DNA of 63,979 nt, counting the filler, from Octopus bimaculoides (lineage: Eukaryota): NCBI RefSeq assembly GCF_001194135.2. It is 6 parts of 5 records of this genome, joined end to end, with 100 filler letters (N's around TTAATTAATTAA, not from the genome) between each part and the next. Parts side by side here need not be neighbours in the genome. Positions count along the whole stretch, not along the records: positions 1 to 23,083 come from NC_069004.1; positions 23,184 to 53,096 come from NC_068989.1; 4 more parts are not named here. The stretch is one strand, 5' to 3'. The position numbers and the translations under genes were made by a program. The notes under the pieces are model-generated. The model was not told where the DNA came from and did no database searches. It saw nothing but the letters and a program-made list of their open reading frames with translations. Positions 13,819-25,906 of the stretch are shown here, one piece after another. The first letter of the stretch is position 1, and every line of letters begins with the position of its first letter.

Positions 13819-13940
13819 CACTACAATTGTTTCAACGCATCAGAACCAGCTGTACATCGCTGAATGTTACATATATCATAAAAAAACATTACGTTAATTA
13901 ATATCACTCTGCAATAGCGACATATACATTTCTTCAGGTG
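13819..13940 (-). ncRNA. Type I hammerhead ribozyme-like motif with 97-nt extended stem II
   Basis: Minus strand: CAC-CTGAAGA-[AATGTAT...ATGCGTT]-GAAAC-AATT-GTA-GTG; full consensus core, stem I 3 bp, stem II base 7 bp. Confidence 0.6.
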
Positions 13941-13944
13941 AGTT

Positions 13945-14345
13945 AATTAAATTCTTCCTTTGAGGAAGAAGCGAGTTTCTGAAAACGATACAAAGCTCCA
14001 GCGTTGAAATGTAGATAACACAAACAATGTCACATTTTGAACTTGACAAAGGTCTTGCATATCTTTATTGTTCCACTTACAAATTGTATTTGTAATGTGA
14101 GAATTAACTGGTTGATTATTTAATTCCCCTAGCTTATTCAGATTGTCACTTAGACATTTACTCACAAAGCTAGCTGCACGAGTTATTGGTGTAAATATGG
14201 ATTTATAATTTGGATATAGAAGCTGGAGGTTTCGAAGCAGTTGTTCATAGTTATCCTTTTTCTCTTTGGTTTTCAAAGAGATATCGACGTCAGCAGGACA
14301 GCTGACCACTATGACGGAACACACTTTTTCTTGGCTACCCTGAAC
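13945..14345 (-). mobile_element. 3' end of non-LTR retrotransposon with restriction-like endonuclease (R4/NeSL-type), decayed
   Basis: Translation VIVVSCPADVDISLKTKEKKDNYEQLLRNLQLLYPNYKSIFTPI resembles the PD-(D/E)xK domain; a frameshifted GTIKICKTFVKF C-terminus follows. Confidence 0.7.
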
Positions 14346-14359
14346 AATGATATACGCAT

Positions 14360-15265
14360 GATTGTATGCATTTATGTTTGTATGTATGTATGTATGCAGG
14401 CAGGCAGACAGACACACAGGTAGGTAGGTAGGTAGGTGAGGGGGTAAGTACATAGGTAGTAGGTAGGTAGGTGGGTAGGTAGGTGGTAGGTAGATAGGTA
14501 CGTAGGTATTTAAGTAGGTAAGTAGGCAGGTAGGTTGGTAGGTAGGTAGGTAGGTAGGCATGTATCATTGAAATTTATGAATGTGTATTGAGCACGTATA
14601 TTCAAATATATCATCATCATCATCATCATCAACCTCATCATCATCATCATCATCATATTCATCATCATCATCATTATCGCCCACCACCACCACCGAGAAC
14701 GTGACCAACTACACAACCGCCACGACAACAATACCACCACCACAACCACCCTCGCCACCACCACTGCCGCCCGACCCCACCCCCACCACTATCTTCAACA
14801 ACAATAGCAACAACAATTCCATCACCAACCCCAAATACGTTAATTAAATTAAAGTGAGACAAAGAATGGCAAGCATTAACACTTTGACAAAGATGGCGCT
14901 TATTGTTTTGCGTTGTGGTTCTTGTTGTTGTTGCGTGTCGTAGTGGTGGTGGTGGTGGGGGGGATGATGACGACGACGACGATGATGGTGGTGGTGTTGG
15001 CGGCGGTGGCGATGGTGACGATGATGGTGATGATGATGATGATAAAGATGATGATGATGGTGATGATGATGATAGTGATGATGATGATGATGATGATGAC
15101 ATTCATGGTGATAGTGGTAGAGACGTTGGTGGGGAAGTTGGTGGTAGTAGTGGAGGTGATGGCAGTTGTAGTGGTGCTGCTGCTGCTGCTGCTGATACAT
15201 GTAGTGGGGTCGGTGGCGGCGGCGGTGGTGGTGGTCGTGGTGGAGATGTCGGTGGCGTAGGTGTG
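14360..15265. repeat. (AGGT)n, (CAT)n and (GAT/GGT)n low-complexity tracts
   Basis: Direct reading. Confidence 0.9.
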
Positions 15266-15588
15266 TTCATTCAAATGATTATATCGTCAAAAACTTAATT
15301 TCGATGCTTTATATCTTTTTTATTTCATTTTATTCATTTTATTTATTTATATTTGTTTTTTACTTAGATATTTTGTTTTTTCTGTTTATTTTTCATATTT
15401 TATTTAATTGGAATTTAATTCGCCTCCGTCTAACAAAAACGCGTCGTCTCCCAGTTCGCTCGCCATATTCCATGCATTCATACACACACATACACACACA
15501 CACACACACACGCCCGTACACATACACACACACATCATGCATGTGAACATGCATAAATGTATATATATTATATGTGTGTGTATGTGTG

Positions 15589-15645
<57 letters not shown>

Positions 15646-15869
15646 CCAGGCGGAAAGCCATTGCATTTGTTTGCGCGTGTATTTGAGCATGTATGTGGAC
15701 GTGTATACATATATACGCATATGTGTGACTGCGTGTACGTATGTAGATATATATGTATATATGTATGTGTATATGCACATATATAGATAGATAATAGAGA
15801 TAGAAAGATACATAGATAGACAGACAGATAGTTAAACAGATAAACAGACAGACAGACAGATAGATAGAT

Positions 15870-16025
15870 AGTAACTCCGCAACTTAGCAGTTCGGCAAAA
15901 GAGACCAATACAATAACTACTAGGCTTTAAAAAGTCCTGGGGTCTGTTTATTCGACTGAAACCGTCCGAGGCGGTGCCCCAGTATGGCTACAGTTAAATG
16001 ACCGAAACAATTAAAAGACAAAAGT
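15870..16025 (+). mobile_element. SINE S1, 3' half
   Basis: AACTTAGCAGTTCGGCAAAAGAGACC...AAGGCGGTGCCCCAGTATGG-like segment...TGACCGAAAC. Confidence 0.7.
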
Positions 16026-16181
16026 TAATAAATAGTATAATAATCTAAATACTAAAGGGTTAAACATGGCAACGAAACATATATAGTGATCTAAAGGACT
16101 CAATACTTGGTGCAGAGTCAATTTTGTTGTAAAGGTCATGTTGAAAGGATCTTTAAGTTTAGTCTGGCAAATTATTTAATC

Positions 16182-16456
16182 CAGTGGTACTGAATCCCTT
16201 TTTACCTATGGATCCCTTCGATTCTAATTTTACCCAACTGGACCTTCATAGCCAATCGATGATTTAACAAAAATCTTTTTATATTTTTCAAATTAAATAT
16301 TATTAGGAATTGGATGAAGAATTATTAAAATATTTTCTGTATTGTAGAATAACCTAATTTGTTGCACATAAAACTTTAACAGCAAAATGCTATATGTATC
16401 CCCCAGGGATCAAATGTACCCCCAGGGGTCAAACGGAACCCGACTGAGAACCTCTG
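16182..16456. mobile_element. hAT (Charlie-like) MITE with 8-bp TSD
   Basis: Ends CAGTGGTACTGAAT / ACTGAGAACCTCTG form an imperfect TIR; flanks ATTTAATC (16174-16181) and ATTAAATC (16457-16464) match 7/8. Confidence 0.75.
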
Positions 16457-18237
16457 ATTAAATCAGTTGAAGAACACAACCCAACCGGTATTTTGTTGTC
16501 AGAACGTTTTTGCCTGGTTTGAAGGCTTTTTTGATATACGGTTTCAAAAATGGAATCCATTTTTTGCTACCACGTCTAGATTTCAGGATACCCAATTTGA
16601 GCAATTTTCGTAATTTTTCAAAAAAAAATGCATCGTATAATTGTGATATCCAATACGAGTGCTTATCATGGTTTATACATATATATATATATCATATTAG
16701 CCTCTGCTCCAATTGCTCACTCTACAAAACTAGCAGAGAAATATGATATATTTGTCTTTTGACAATAAATATTTATGCGTGCACGCGCACACACTCCTTT
16801 TTTATAGTCTAAGCCATACAGGAAGCACTCTTCAGTGGTACTGCGTCACCCTTTTAATGGTTGTTGTGTTGGTGAGGACTTCTTCGCCACAGTCCTGGGC
16901 TTCTTTCTTTCATCATGTCTGCTAATCAATCACCACCTCATGTGTTTCGCAATGCTCCAAGAGAAACACATCCAAGCAACTACACGTACAGCTTATACTT
17001 TACATTCAAGCACGCCATATTTATGTAGTTTCCGGCTTTGTGCGTCTTCTTGCTTTTGGCTAAAAGTGTTGTACAAACAGCAACAGTCAACCAGAATACT
17101 ACATCGATTTCAACTTTCATTGTTCTGTTGAACAGGTTGATGATCGATGCTCTGTAGGACTTGAGCTCTTTTGGACGGATAACCGACAGTCAGGTCTCTC
17201 TCAAGTAATTTTCCATTCGGTAGTTTTACAACCATCAGGAGAATTTCACGGGTGAAATGATATGATTTATGAAACACGTTTAAACTTTACTCATTCCGTG
17301 GTTCGTTTATCCAAACTGCATCGTGGAGATATCGCTTGCTTATATTCCATATCCCTCCCGCCCACAAATAACTCTAGGCTTTTCCTGGAGTGGAGCTTTG
17401 GATATCTTCATAGTATAGCTTTTCATGCTGCGAAGGTTTGTCGATTTAATGCAAACTTGTGATTAATATTCCGATGTTCGAGTAATTTCTTGTATTAACG
17501 AAGCTTTCCACTTACCGCTCGCATTTCATTTTAAAGGTCAATTCACTTACTTGTGAATATCTTTCATCGTCTGTCCCTGTCGCCCTTGAACACAATTTAT
17601 CACAAAGCCACGAGTGGGGGTTCCGAAATTTATTATTCACTTTGCACTCAATGCTGGTATTCAGTTGTCCAAAGAATGTTTCGAGTTTGTCAATAAACCT
17701 TGGAGATAGCTGATCCATTTTGGTTATGTTTTCTTGTTTCGGCTAATCTTCCGTTGCTGAATGCTAACTGCAACGCAATACATTCGGACGTACAATGTCT
17801 AAAAGTCATTCTTTAATAACTCGATCGATCCTCAACACCAATTTCGTATTTCTTGTGGAACAATCGGTCCATTATTCATTCTTTTGTCAATGTAAATGAT
17901 TTAGATTTTACATGAGTCTTGCTGAAAGTCATGCCTTCAGTTGTTTATATTCTTCTTTGGTTTTATTTCTCTTTCTAAGCAGCTCCCTACCACTCGTCCA
18001 TGTAATGACTATCATCCGCTCTCAATGTCATTGTTATCATCATTGGTTCATATTCTTAACGGTATTTTCAGAAGATCTCATAAGACTATGCACCGGGCGA
18101 TTTTTCAGGCCACAACCAAGAACAGCACATTTTTTCCTCAAAGAATCTTGGCTTGTTCTTGTAATTCTTTGATAGATCGCTGACCAAACCATTCAAGTTT
18201 TTTTTCTCCGTGTTTTTCTCCTTGTTTTCTCCTTATT

Positions 18238-18274
18238 TCTTTCTGTTGAAGAGCGTAGCTCGAAACGTTAAAGA
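18238..18274 (+). ncRNA. Minimal (dimer-type) hammerhead-like motif in a Penelope-type terminal repeat
   Basis: TCTTT-CTGTTGA-A-GAGC-GTA-GCTC-GAAAC-GT-T-AAAGA; stem I 5 bp, stem II 4 bp, stem III is the palindrome ACGT; A6 is mutated to U. Confidence 0.5.
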
Positions 18275-18854
18275 CTTTCTGTATTCCCGAGCGTTAAACT
18301 AATACATCCTTTTGTTGTTTACACCACCTGTCCTCGACTGTTGTTGTTTTTTTTTTCTCGTACATTCTCCCACCTTTGATATAAAATGTTCCTCGCAAGA
18401 GAACTTCATCTTCTTCCTGTAACCAATTGATGGACCGTCTCTAGCCTTTTATAGAATCGATACAGACCATGTTCCAGTTGAAATGTCTGCTGAAATTTGT
18501 ATTTAGCTCTGGGTCATGCAATAACTGCTGCCCAGGTTCCTCCTTAGCCACGATCTACATAGCTTCAATCCACGTGTGAAGCTACACGTGTTCAAGAACA
18601 CATAGCACCACCCGGTCCAGGCAAGTGAAACAGATTATCAACCAGGCCTGGCCCCCACATGGCACATACATAAATCTGTGGGTTCGTGTATTACAGATAT
18701 TATTCCAGTTCGCTGTGAACTTAACGGAGGTGCATGGCTTGTATGCATGTTTCTATGAATGTGTGTGTGTGTGTGTGTGTGTGTATGTCTGTCCCTCGAG
18801 AAAGGAAATCTAGCATATCTAATCTACTTTATTCTGATAAAATATCTTCCAAAA

Positions 18855-19001
18855 CTACTACTACTACTACTATTACTACTACTACTATTTCTTCTCCTCC
18901 TCCTTCTCCTCTTCTTCCCATTATTATTATCATCGTCATCGTCAACGTCATCATCATCAACATCAACAATTATCATTATTATCATTATCATTATTATTAT
19001 T

Positions 19002-19051
<50 letters not shown>

Positions 19052-19100
19052 TATTATTATTACTATTATTATTATTATCATTTATTACTATTATTATTAT
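18855..19100. repeat. (CTA)/(ATT)/(ATC)n microsatellites
   Basis: Direct reading. Confidence 0.95.
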
Positions 19101-19290
19101 TGACGAACTGACAGAATCGTTAGGATGCCGAGCAAAATGCTTAGCGTTTTTCCATCCGTCCTTACAAACTGAGTTCAAATTCTGCCGAGGTTGACTTTGC
19201 CTTTCAACCTATACCAGTGAAACACTGGGGTCGATGCAATCGACTTATCCCCACGCCAAAAATTGTAGGCCTTGATCCTAGAGTAGAAAG
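19101..19290 (+). mobile_element. SINE S2
   Basis: Matches 8853-9020. Confidence 0.8.
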
Positions 19291-20314
19291 CATTGTTGTT
19301 ATTATTATTATTATTATTACTGTTGTTGTTGTTGTTGCTGCTGCTATTGTTAACGACGGAGTAATTCGACTGTTTGTTTAGTTACAATGCATTTGATAAT
19401 GGTTTCTTTCATCTTTTTCATTCTTCTTCTCCTTTTTCTTTTTCTTCCTCTTCTTCTTTTCCTCTTTGCTCATTCTCTTTCTTTTGTTTTTGGTTTTTTT
19501 TTCTTTGCTTTTATTCTTGTGAAGGATTTCCTGATACAAAGAACAACGGCAGAATCTATTGAATCAATCGCCTACAGAATGATTTTCACCTGCAGAAAAA
19601 GGTATAATGCCATTGTCTTATACATTCGACAGGGATTTTCAATCACACACACACATGCATACATCCGTTCACACAGCCAAACATTCATAGAGGAATGTAT
19701 GACTCTATCCGTAAATTATCTCTTTTATATATACATATATATATATATATATACATATATACATACATATATCCATATATATATATATACCACATACACA
19801 TATATATATACATATATATATATACATACATANNNNNNNNNNNNNNNNNNNNNNNNNNNNNNNNNNNNNNNNNNNNNNNNNNNNNNNNNNNNNNNNNNNN
19901 NNNNNNNNNNNNNNNNNNNNNNNNNNNNNNNNNNNNNNNNNNNNNNNNNNNNNNNNNNNNNNNNNNNNNNNNNNNNNNNNNNNNNNNNNNTATATATAGT
20001 TATGTATATATTTATAAGCGTATATATGTATAATTATATATACATGCACACAGATGCATATATATATATATATACACACATATATATGCATATATGCATG
20101 CATACATACATACACACATATATGTACATATATGTATATATATAAATATATATATATACACACAAACACGTGTGTGTAAAGTTGTACATGTATAAATTAT
20201 ATCTGTGTAATTATGTAAACTTAGATTAATATATATGAGACCAATATACAACCTTCTGTGTATGTATATATGTATGTGTGCATACATATACATATGCATT
20301 GATACGCATATATT

Positions 20315-20349
<35 letters not shown>

Positions 20350-20431
20350 ATGTGTATGTATGTACGTACGTATGAATGTATGTAAATATGTATTATATAT
20401 GTATGTATGTATGTACGTGTGTGTATGTATG

Positions 20432-20463
<32 letters not shown>

Positions 20464-20613
20464 AAAAATTCGCTGAAAATAATAAATAACTAATCGATAT
20501 CATGATTAGCTTTTGGTGATGAAATGATTTTTGATCAAACAGCATAAAAACTATTGAAATAGTCTTAGAAATTATGCTTTCGAAATATCAATTTGCTTCC
20601 TATTATTTTTCCA

Positions 20614-20671
<58 letters not shown>

Positions 20672-21109
20672 ATATATATATATANNNNNNNNNNNNNNNN
20701 NNNNNNNNNNNNNNNNNNNNNNNNNNNNNNNNNNNNNNNNNNNNNNNNNNNNNNNNNNNNNNNNNNNNNNNNNNNNNNNNNNNNNNNNNNNNNNNNNNNN
20801 NNNNNNNNNNNNNNNNNNNNNNNNNNNNNNNNNNNNNNNNNNNNNNNNNNNNNNNNNNNNNNNNNNNNNNNNNNNNNNNNNNNNNNNNNNNNNNNNNNNN
20901 NNNNNNNNNNNNNNNNNNNNNNNNNNNNNNNNNNNNNNNNNNNNNNNNNNNNNNNNNNNNNNNNNNNNNNNNNNNNNNNNNNNNNNNNNNNNNNNNNNNN
21001 NNNNNNNNNNNNNNNNNNNNNNNNNNNNNNNNNNNNNNNNNNNNNNNNNNNNNNNNNNNNNNNNNNNNNNNNNNNNNNNNNATATATATGTATGTATATG
21101 TATATGTTT

Positions 21110-21310
21110 GTGTGTCTGTGTTTGTCGCTTAACAACCGATGTTGGTGTGTTTATGTCTCCGTAGCTAGCGGTTCGGCAAAAGCCACCGATAGAATAAGTA
21201 TTACGCTTCCAAAGAATAAGTCCTTGGGTCGATTTGTTCGAGTAAAGGCAGTGCTCCACCAGTGCCTCAGTCAAGATGAGTGAAACAAATAAAAGAATAA
21301 AAGGATAAAA
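21110..21310 (+). mobile_element. SINE S1, 3' half
   Basis: CGCTTAACAACCGATGTTGGTGTGTTT...GGCAGTGCTCCACCAG...TGAAAC. Confidence 0.8.
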
Positions 21311-21610
21311 GAATATATATATATACACACATATAGTTAAATAATATTTGGATAAAGTTCCTCTTCAGAATGTGAGAATTCCCTTGTTACTGAATGTTTA
21401 TCAGGAACTCTATTATATCCGCAAAGTTTATATAAAGAGATGAATAAACGAAAATAGAGTGAAGGACATTCTTTATTTTAAATCATTACAATTGTTTCCA
21501 GAGATCGTTACACCGGTTGCATATTGGTGAGATGAAACTATTAGTACACAAAGCAGGGACACTGTTTTATGTATTCATTCTGATATTGAGTGATGTGTCT
21601 TATTTAAAGC

Positions 21611-21724
21611 AATCACCTGAAGAAATGCATCTTACAGCATGTTAGTGATTATACAATATGCTAATTATATCATTTTCGCAATGTGCTACGAGTGTAAAAG
21701 TGTCTGGAAACAATTGTAGTGATT
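21611..21724 (+). ncRNA. Type I hammerhead-like motif with 83-nt extended stem II (same family as 13819-13940)
   Basis: AATCAC-CTGAAGA-AATGCAT...-GAAAC-AATT-GTA-GTGATT; stem I is a perfect 6 bp; the base of stem II is imperfect. Confidence 0.55.
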
Positions 21725-21871
21725 TAAAATAAAGAATGTTGTTCATTCAGTTTCATATTATTCATCTATTTATATATACACACGTGTACGTGTACACACA
21801 CGCAAACACACAAAGCTGGTGCCACGACACAGAAACGAATGTTGTAATTTGTAATTATTCTTGCACATTTG

Positions 21872-21905
<34 letters not shown>

Positions 21906-22202
21906 CTTATATCTATATACGTATATATATATATGCACTTTGGCCCCTTGAAATTTTGAGAGCTGGAAGCATGCTGATTACATTGACACAAATACTCAAC
22001 TGGAACTTATTTCATCGGTCCCTGGGAGTCGAGTGACAAAATCGATCTCAGCACAATTTACATGGCGAACAATAAAAAGAAAAAAATAACATTAAACTAA
22101 AGAATTACTCAATATTTTTTGTACAAAGTATGGTTATTAGACTTAATTTAGTCTTCATCACCCTTCCTCTTGTAAAAGTAATTCACTTAACTATCTATCC
22201 TA

Positions 22203-22255
<53 letters not shown>

Positions 22256-22383
22256 CATTTATCTGAGTGTGTGTGTGTGTGCATGTGCGTGTGTTTGCGT
22301 TTCTCTTTAAATAAAATGATACCTATGAATGAGGCACACCATATATATATTTATATGTATATATACATATACATATCTATGTG

Positions 22384-22485
<102 letters not shown>

Positions 22486-22703
22486 TACATATATATATAT
22501 AACTATATAGCCATACATATATATATGCATATATATGTGTGTATATATATATGTGTGTGTTTATTTGTGTATATATATACATATATATGTATATATACAG
22601 ACAAACAGATATACATTAATACATAGAAGTAAATGCATATATACTTGGCAAATCCTCTCCTGACCACCACCACACGTACCACTCTATCATAAACCTCTTT
22701 CTC

Positions 22704-22745
<42 letters not shown>

Positions 22746-22973
22746 ACTTTCTCATTATTTATTTTATTCGCCTTCATCCCCCATCCCCCGTCACCTCATC
22801 GTTACTTCACTAAATTAGAATCCGCTTGACATGCTGGAACTTGGGTTCAGAGAGAATGGAGAAAAGAAAGGGTGGCGTGAGATGGAGAGAGAAAGAGAGA
22901 AACAGGAGAAGAGAGATGGACGGTGTAAGCAATGGGTGAATGAGAGAAAGGGAGAGGAATTTAAAGTGAAAAC

Positions 22974-23026
<53 letters not shown>

Positions 23027-23083
23027 GATATATATATATCTATATATATACATATATATATATATATATGTACATATATATAT

Positions 23084-23183
23084 NNNNNNNNNNNNNNNNN
23101 NNNNNNNNNNNNNNNNNNNNNNNNNNNTTAATTAATTAANNNNNNNNNNNNNNNNNNNNNNNNNNNNNNNNNNNNNNNNNNNN
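23084..23183. other. Artificial scaffold linker (44N-TTAATTAATTAA-44N)
   Basis: Exactly 44 N, a six-frame-stop 12-mer at 23128-23139, then 44 N; the same layout occurs five times. Confidence 0.95.
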
Positions 23184-25230
23184 TATATATATGGTGTTCG
23201 TGGTTATCAATTGTATCTGAATATCTCTACAGGTAGGTAGGTAGGTAGAGTTTTCGGGGTTATCAACTCGATATTTGAGCCGGAATGTCCTGACAAACCG
23301 CGCAAAATCCCGACCCCCACACAGGTGGCCAGTTATGTCCCGACTTCACACGTTGTAGGAAAAAATTGATTTATTAATTTTGAAAGTGGAGAATATTTAA
23401 TATTCTACACAAAAAAAAGATAATTACATTGCTTTAAACGCAACAATTTAATTATCGGAACTGATAATTCGTTGTGTCTACATGCTATTGTTTCTGTTAA
23501 CAACGAAAATAAGGCTCTAATTGTATCAGTCCATCCATTCATTATAATTAAGTTTAATTAGCAAAAAAACTATATCAGGATAGAGTGCGTTGTGATATCA
23601 TCACACATTGCCTGCATGGAATTAAAAATGTGTCTGGAATCATATTATTATTATTACATTATTGTTGCTGTTGTTGTTGTTGTTGTTTTTTCCTATCTGA
23701 CATATAAAAATTGTAGTTAATTATTTTCCATGGAAAATAGTAATTCAATGACGGTTTTTTGATAAAGATCAGCTCAAAAAAACAATGCTTGCCTCCTTCA
23801 GTTCTTTTATTTCTTTCTAGGCCCATTCTAACAGGTATGTTTTTAAGTGATTTTTGTACAGAAATTTATGATTTGATTTTATTTATTTTAAGTTCTTTTT
23901 TGCGTCTGTAAATTTTAAAAAGAGCGCTTCCGGTTTAAGATTAAATTCTAAAAGCACTTCTAGAGGATTTTAAAAGAAAATTCAAATGATTAAGACTGTT
24001 TCATTTCTACTCCGTTTATAACTATCATGGCGGTTTCGTTTAGCGACGTGACTTTGTGAGAATTAACGAGATTTTTACAGGTAATATTTTCTAGCTCTAT
24101 CCTCAAATTTTGATTTTATTTTCTAACTTAGGTATTCCATTATCGACGCTGAAACTGATTTAAACAGGTATTATATTTAACTGCCTGTTTTTATTTTTAC
24201 GAAAATTTTACGTGAAATACATTTTTGCGATCAGTAAAAATGTTTTTTTAAAAAGAAAACCTATCCTTTTCAAGATTGCATCATGAAAACATTCTCTGTT
24301 ATTATTAACTATATCTTCTAATGACAAGGAAGCTTTTTATCATTTTATTCTTCACTCGGTTTTACAGCCATTACGAAGATTTGATTTACCTGTGAATTTT
24401 CTGAGCTTTCCGCTAATTTATGAGATATTAAAGCAGCGATTTTCCAGCAGAGTACCTAAACTTCGCTTTTTCCCAATTTGTATACGTAATTATTGAAAGC
24501 GAAGCTTTGTAATCTAATAATAAATAATTTACACTCAGTTTAGTTTTGAATTAATAATGCTCACCTAAAAAAACTAATGATCCCTCAAACCGTTCCATAA
24601 ATTTTCTATGAACTGAGATTAGTCTGTTTAATTCAAATTGTGAGCTGTAAAATGTTCAATTAAAATTTTCAAATAAAAAAAAAACGTGATAAATCTAATT
24701 ACACATTAAGTATGTTGATAATATTAGTAGTGTTATCGAGTACTTCGATTAAACTTATTTTGCATATGGTCCATTATATTAAAACAACGGAAATCAAGGC
24801 AGGAACGCTATTTTTACGAACTCAATCACGTTTCAGCTGCAATTTTTTTTTTCTTCTACATTTATGGAATTAATTAAAAAACACTCCACAAGAAAGTGAT
24901 GTGTGAGTTGTTGATACTCTGTTGAATTAATTCTTGAGGGTGAAACTGGAAATATAATAACATCTTTTGCTTTTTTTTTTTTTTTTACTTCTTTCAGTCA
25001 TTGAATAGCAGCCCAGTGCATTTTTTGTAAGCCTGGTACTTATTCTTTTCTACTCTAGGCACAAGGCCCGAAATTTGGGGGGCGGGCAGTCGATTAGATC
25101 GACTCCAGTACGCAACTGGTACTNNNNNNNNNNNNNNNNNNNNNNNNNNNNNNNNNNNNNNNNNNNNNNNNNNNNNNNNNNNNNNNNNNNNNNNNNNNNN
25201 NNNNNNNNNNTATATATATATATATATATA

Positions 25231-25394
25231 TATACGACGGGCTTCTTTCAGTTTCCGTCTACCAAATCCACTCTCAAGGCTTTGGTCAGCCCGAGGTTAT
25301 CGTAGAAGACATTTGCCGAAGGTGTCAGGCAGTGGGACTGAACCCGGAACCATGTGGTTTGAGAAGCAAGCTTCTGACCACACAGCCACGCTTG
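25231..25394 (-). mobile_element. SINE S1, 5' half
   Basis: Reverse complement of the S1 head. Confidence 0.85.
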
Positions 25395-25432
25395 TATGTA
25401 GTCAAGTTATAATTTTAATATGCTTCGAGTAA

Positions 25433-25619
25433 AAATGTCGAGCAAAATGCTTAGCGGTATTTCGTCTGCCGCTACGTTCTGAGTTCAAATTCCGCAGAGG
25501 TTGACTTTGCTTTTCATCCTTTCGGGGGCGATAAATTAAGTACCAGTTGAACACTGGCGTCGATGTAATCGAATCATCCCCTCACCACAAAATCTGCCCT
25601 TGTGACAAAATTTGCAACA

Positions 25620-25651
<32 letters not shown>

Positions 25652-25725
25652 GTTGAGCACAAGGGTCAATGTAATTGATTTACCCCATCCGCCGAAATTG
25701 CTGGCCTTGTGCCAAAATTTGAAAC
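25433..25725 (+). mobile_element. SINE S2 plus a second S2 3' fragment
   Basis: Matches 8853-9020; (ATT)n tail at 25620-25650. Confidence 0.8.
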
Positions 25726-25906
25726 CCCTATACTTAAAATAAAAGCTGCTGAACTAATATACAAAAGTACCTACGTTGTTTGCTGGTTAAGTGGATACCG
25801 AATTGTTGTGAGACTATAGAGGAGACTAGATTGTTAGGCTTACTCAAAGTCTCATGGATTTATATGTTCAATTGAGTGGGGTGGGGAAAGAAAAACTTCT
25901 TCAGAG

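Noticed and set aside
13940-13960. Hammerhead as part of the RLE LINE 3' end
   Set aside because: The LINE appears to finish in its own TTAA tail, and other HHR-family copies have no LINE beside them; the adjacency is probably insertion.
24970-25035. Strong-looking acceptor (poly-T...TTCAG) and GTAAGC donor
   Set aside because: Both signals are the reverse complement of the SINE S1 3' half.
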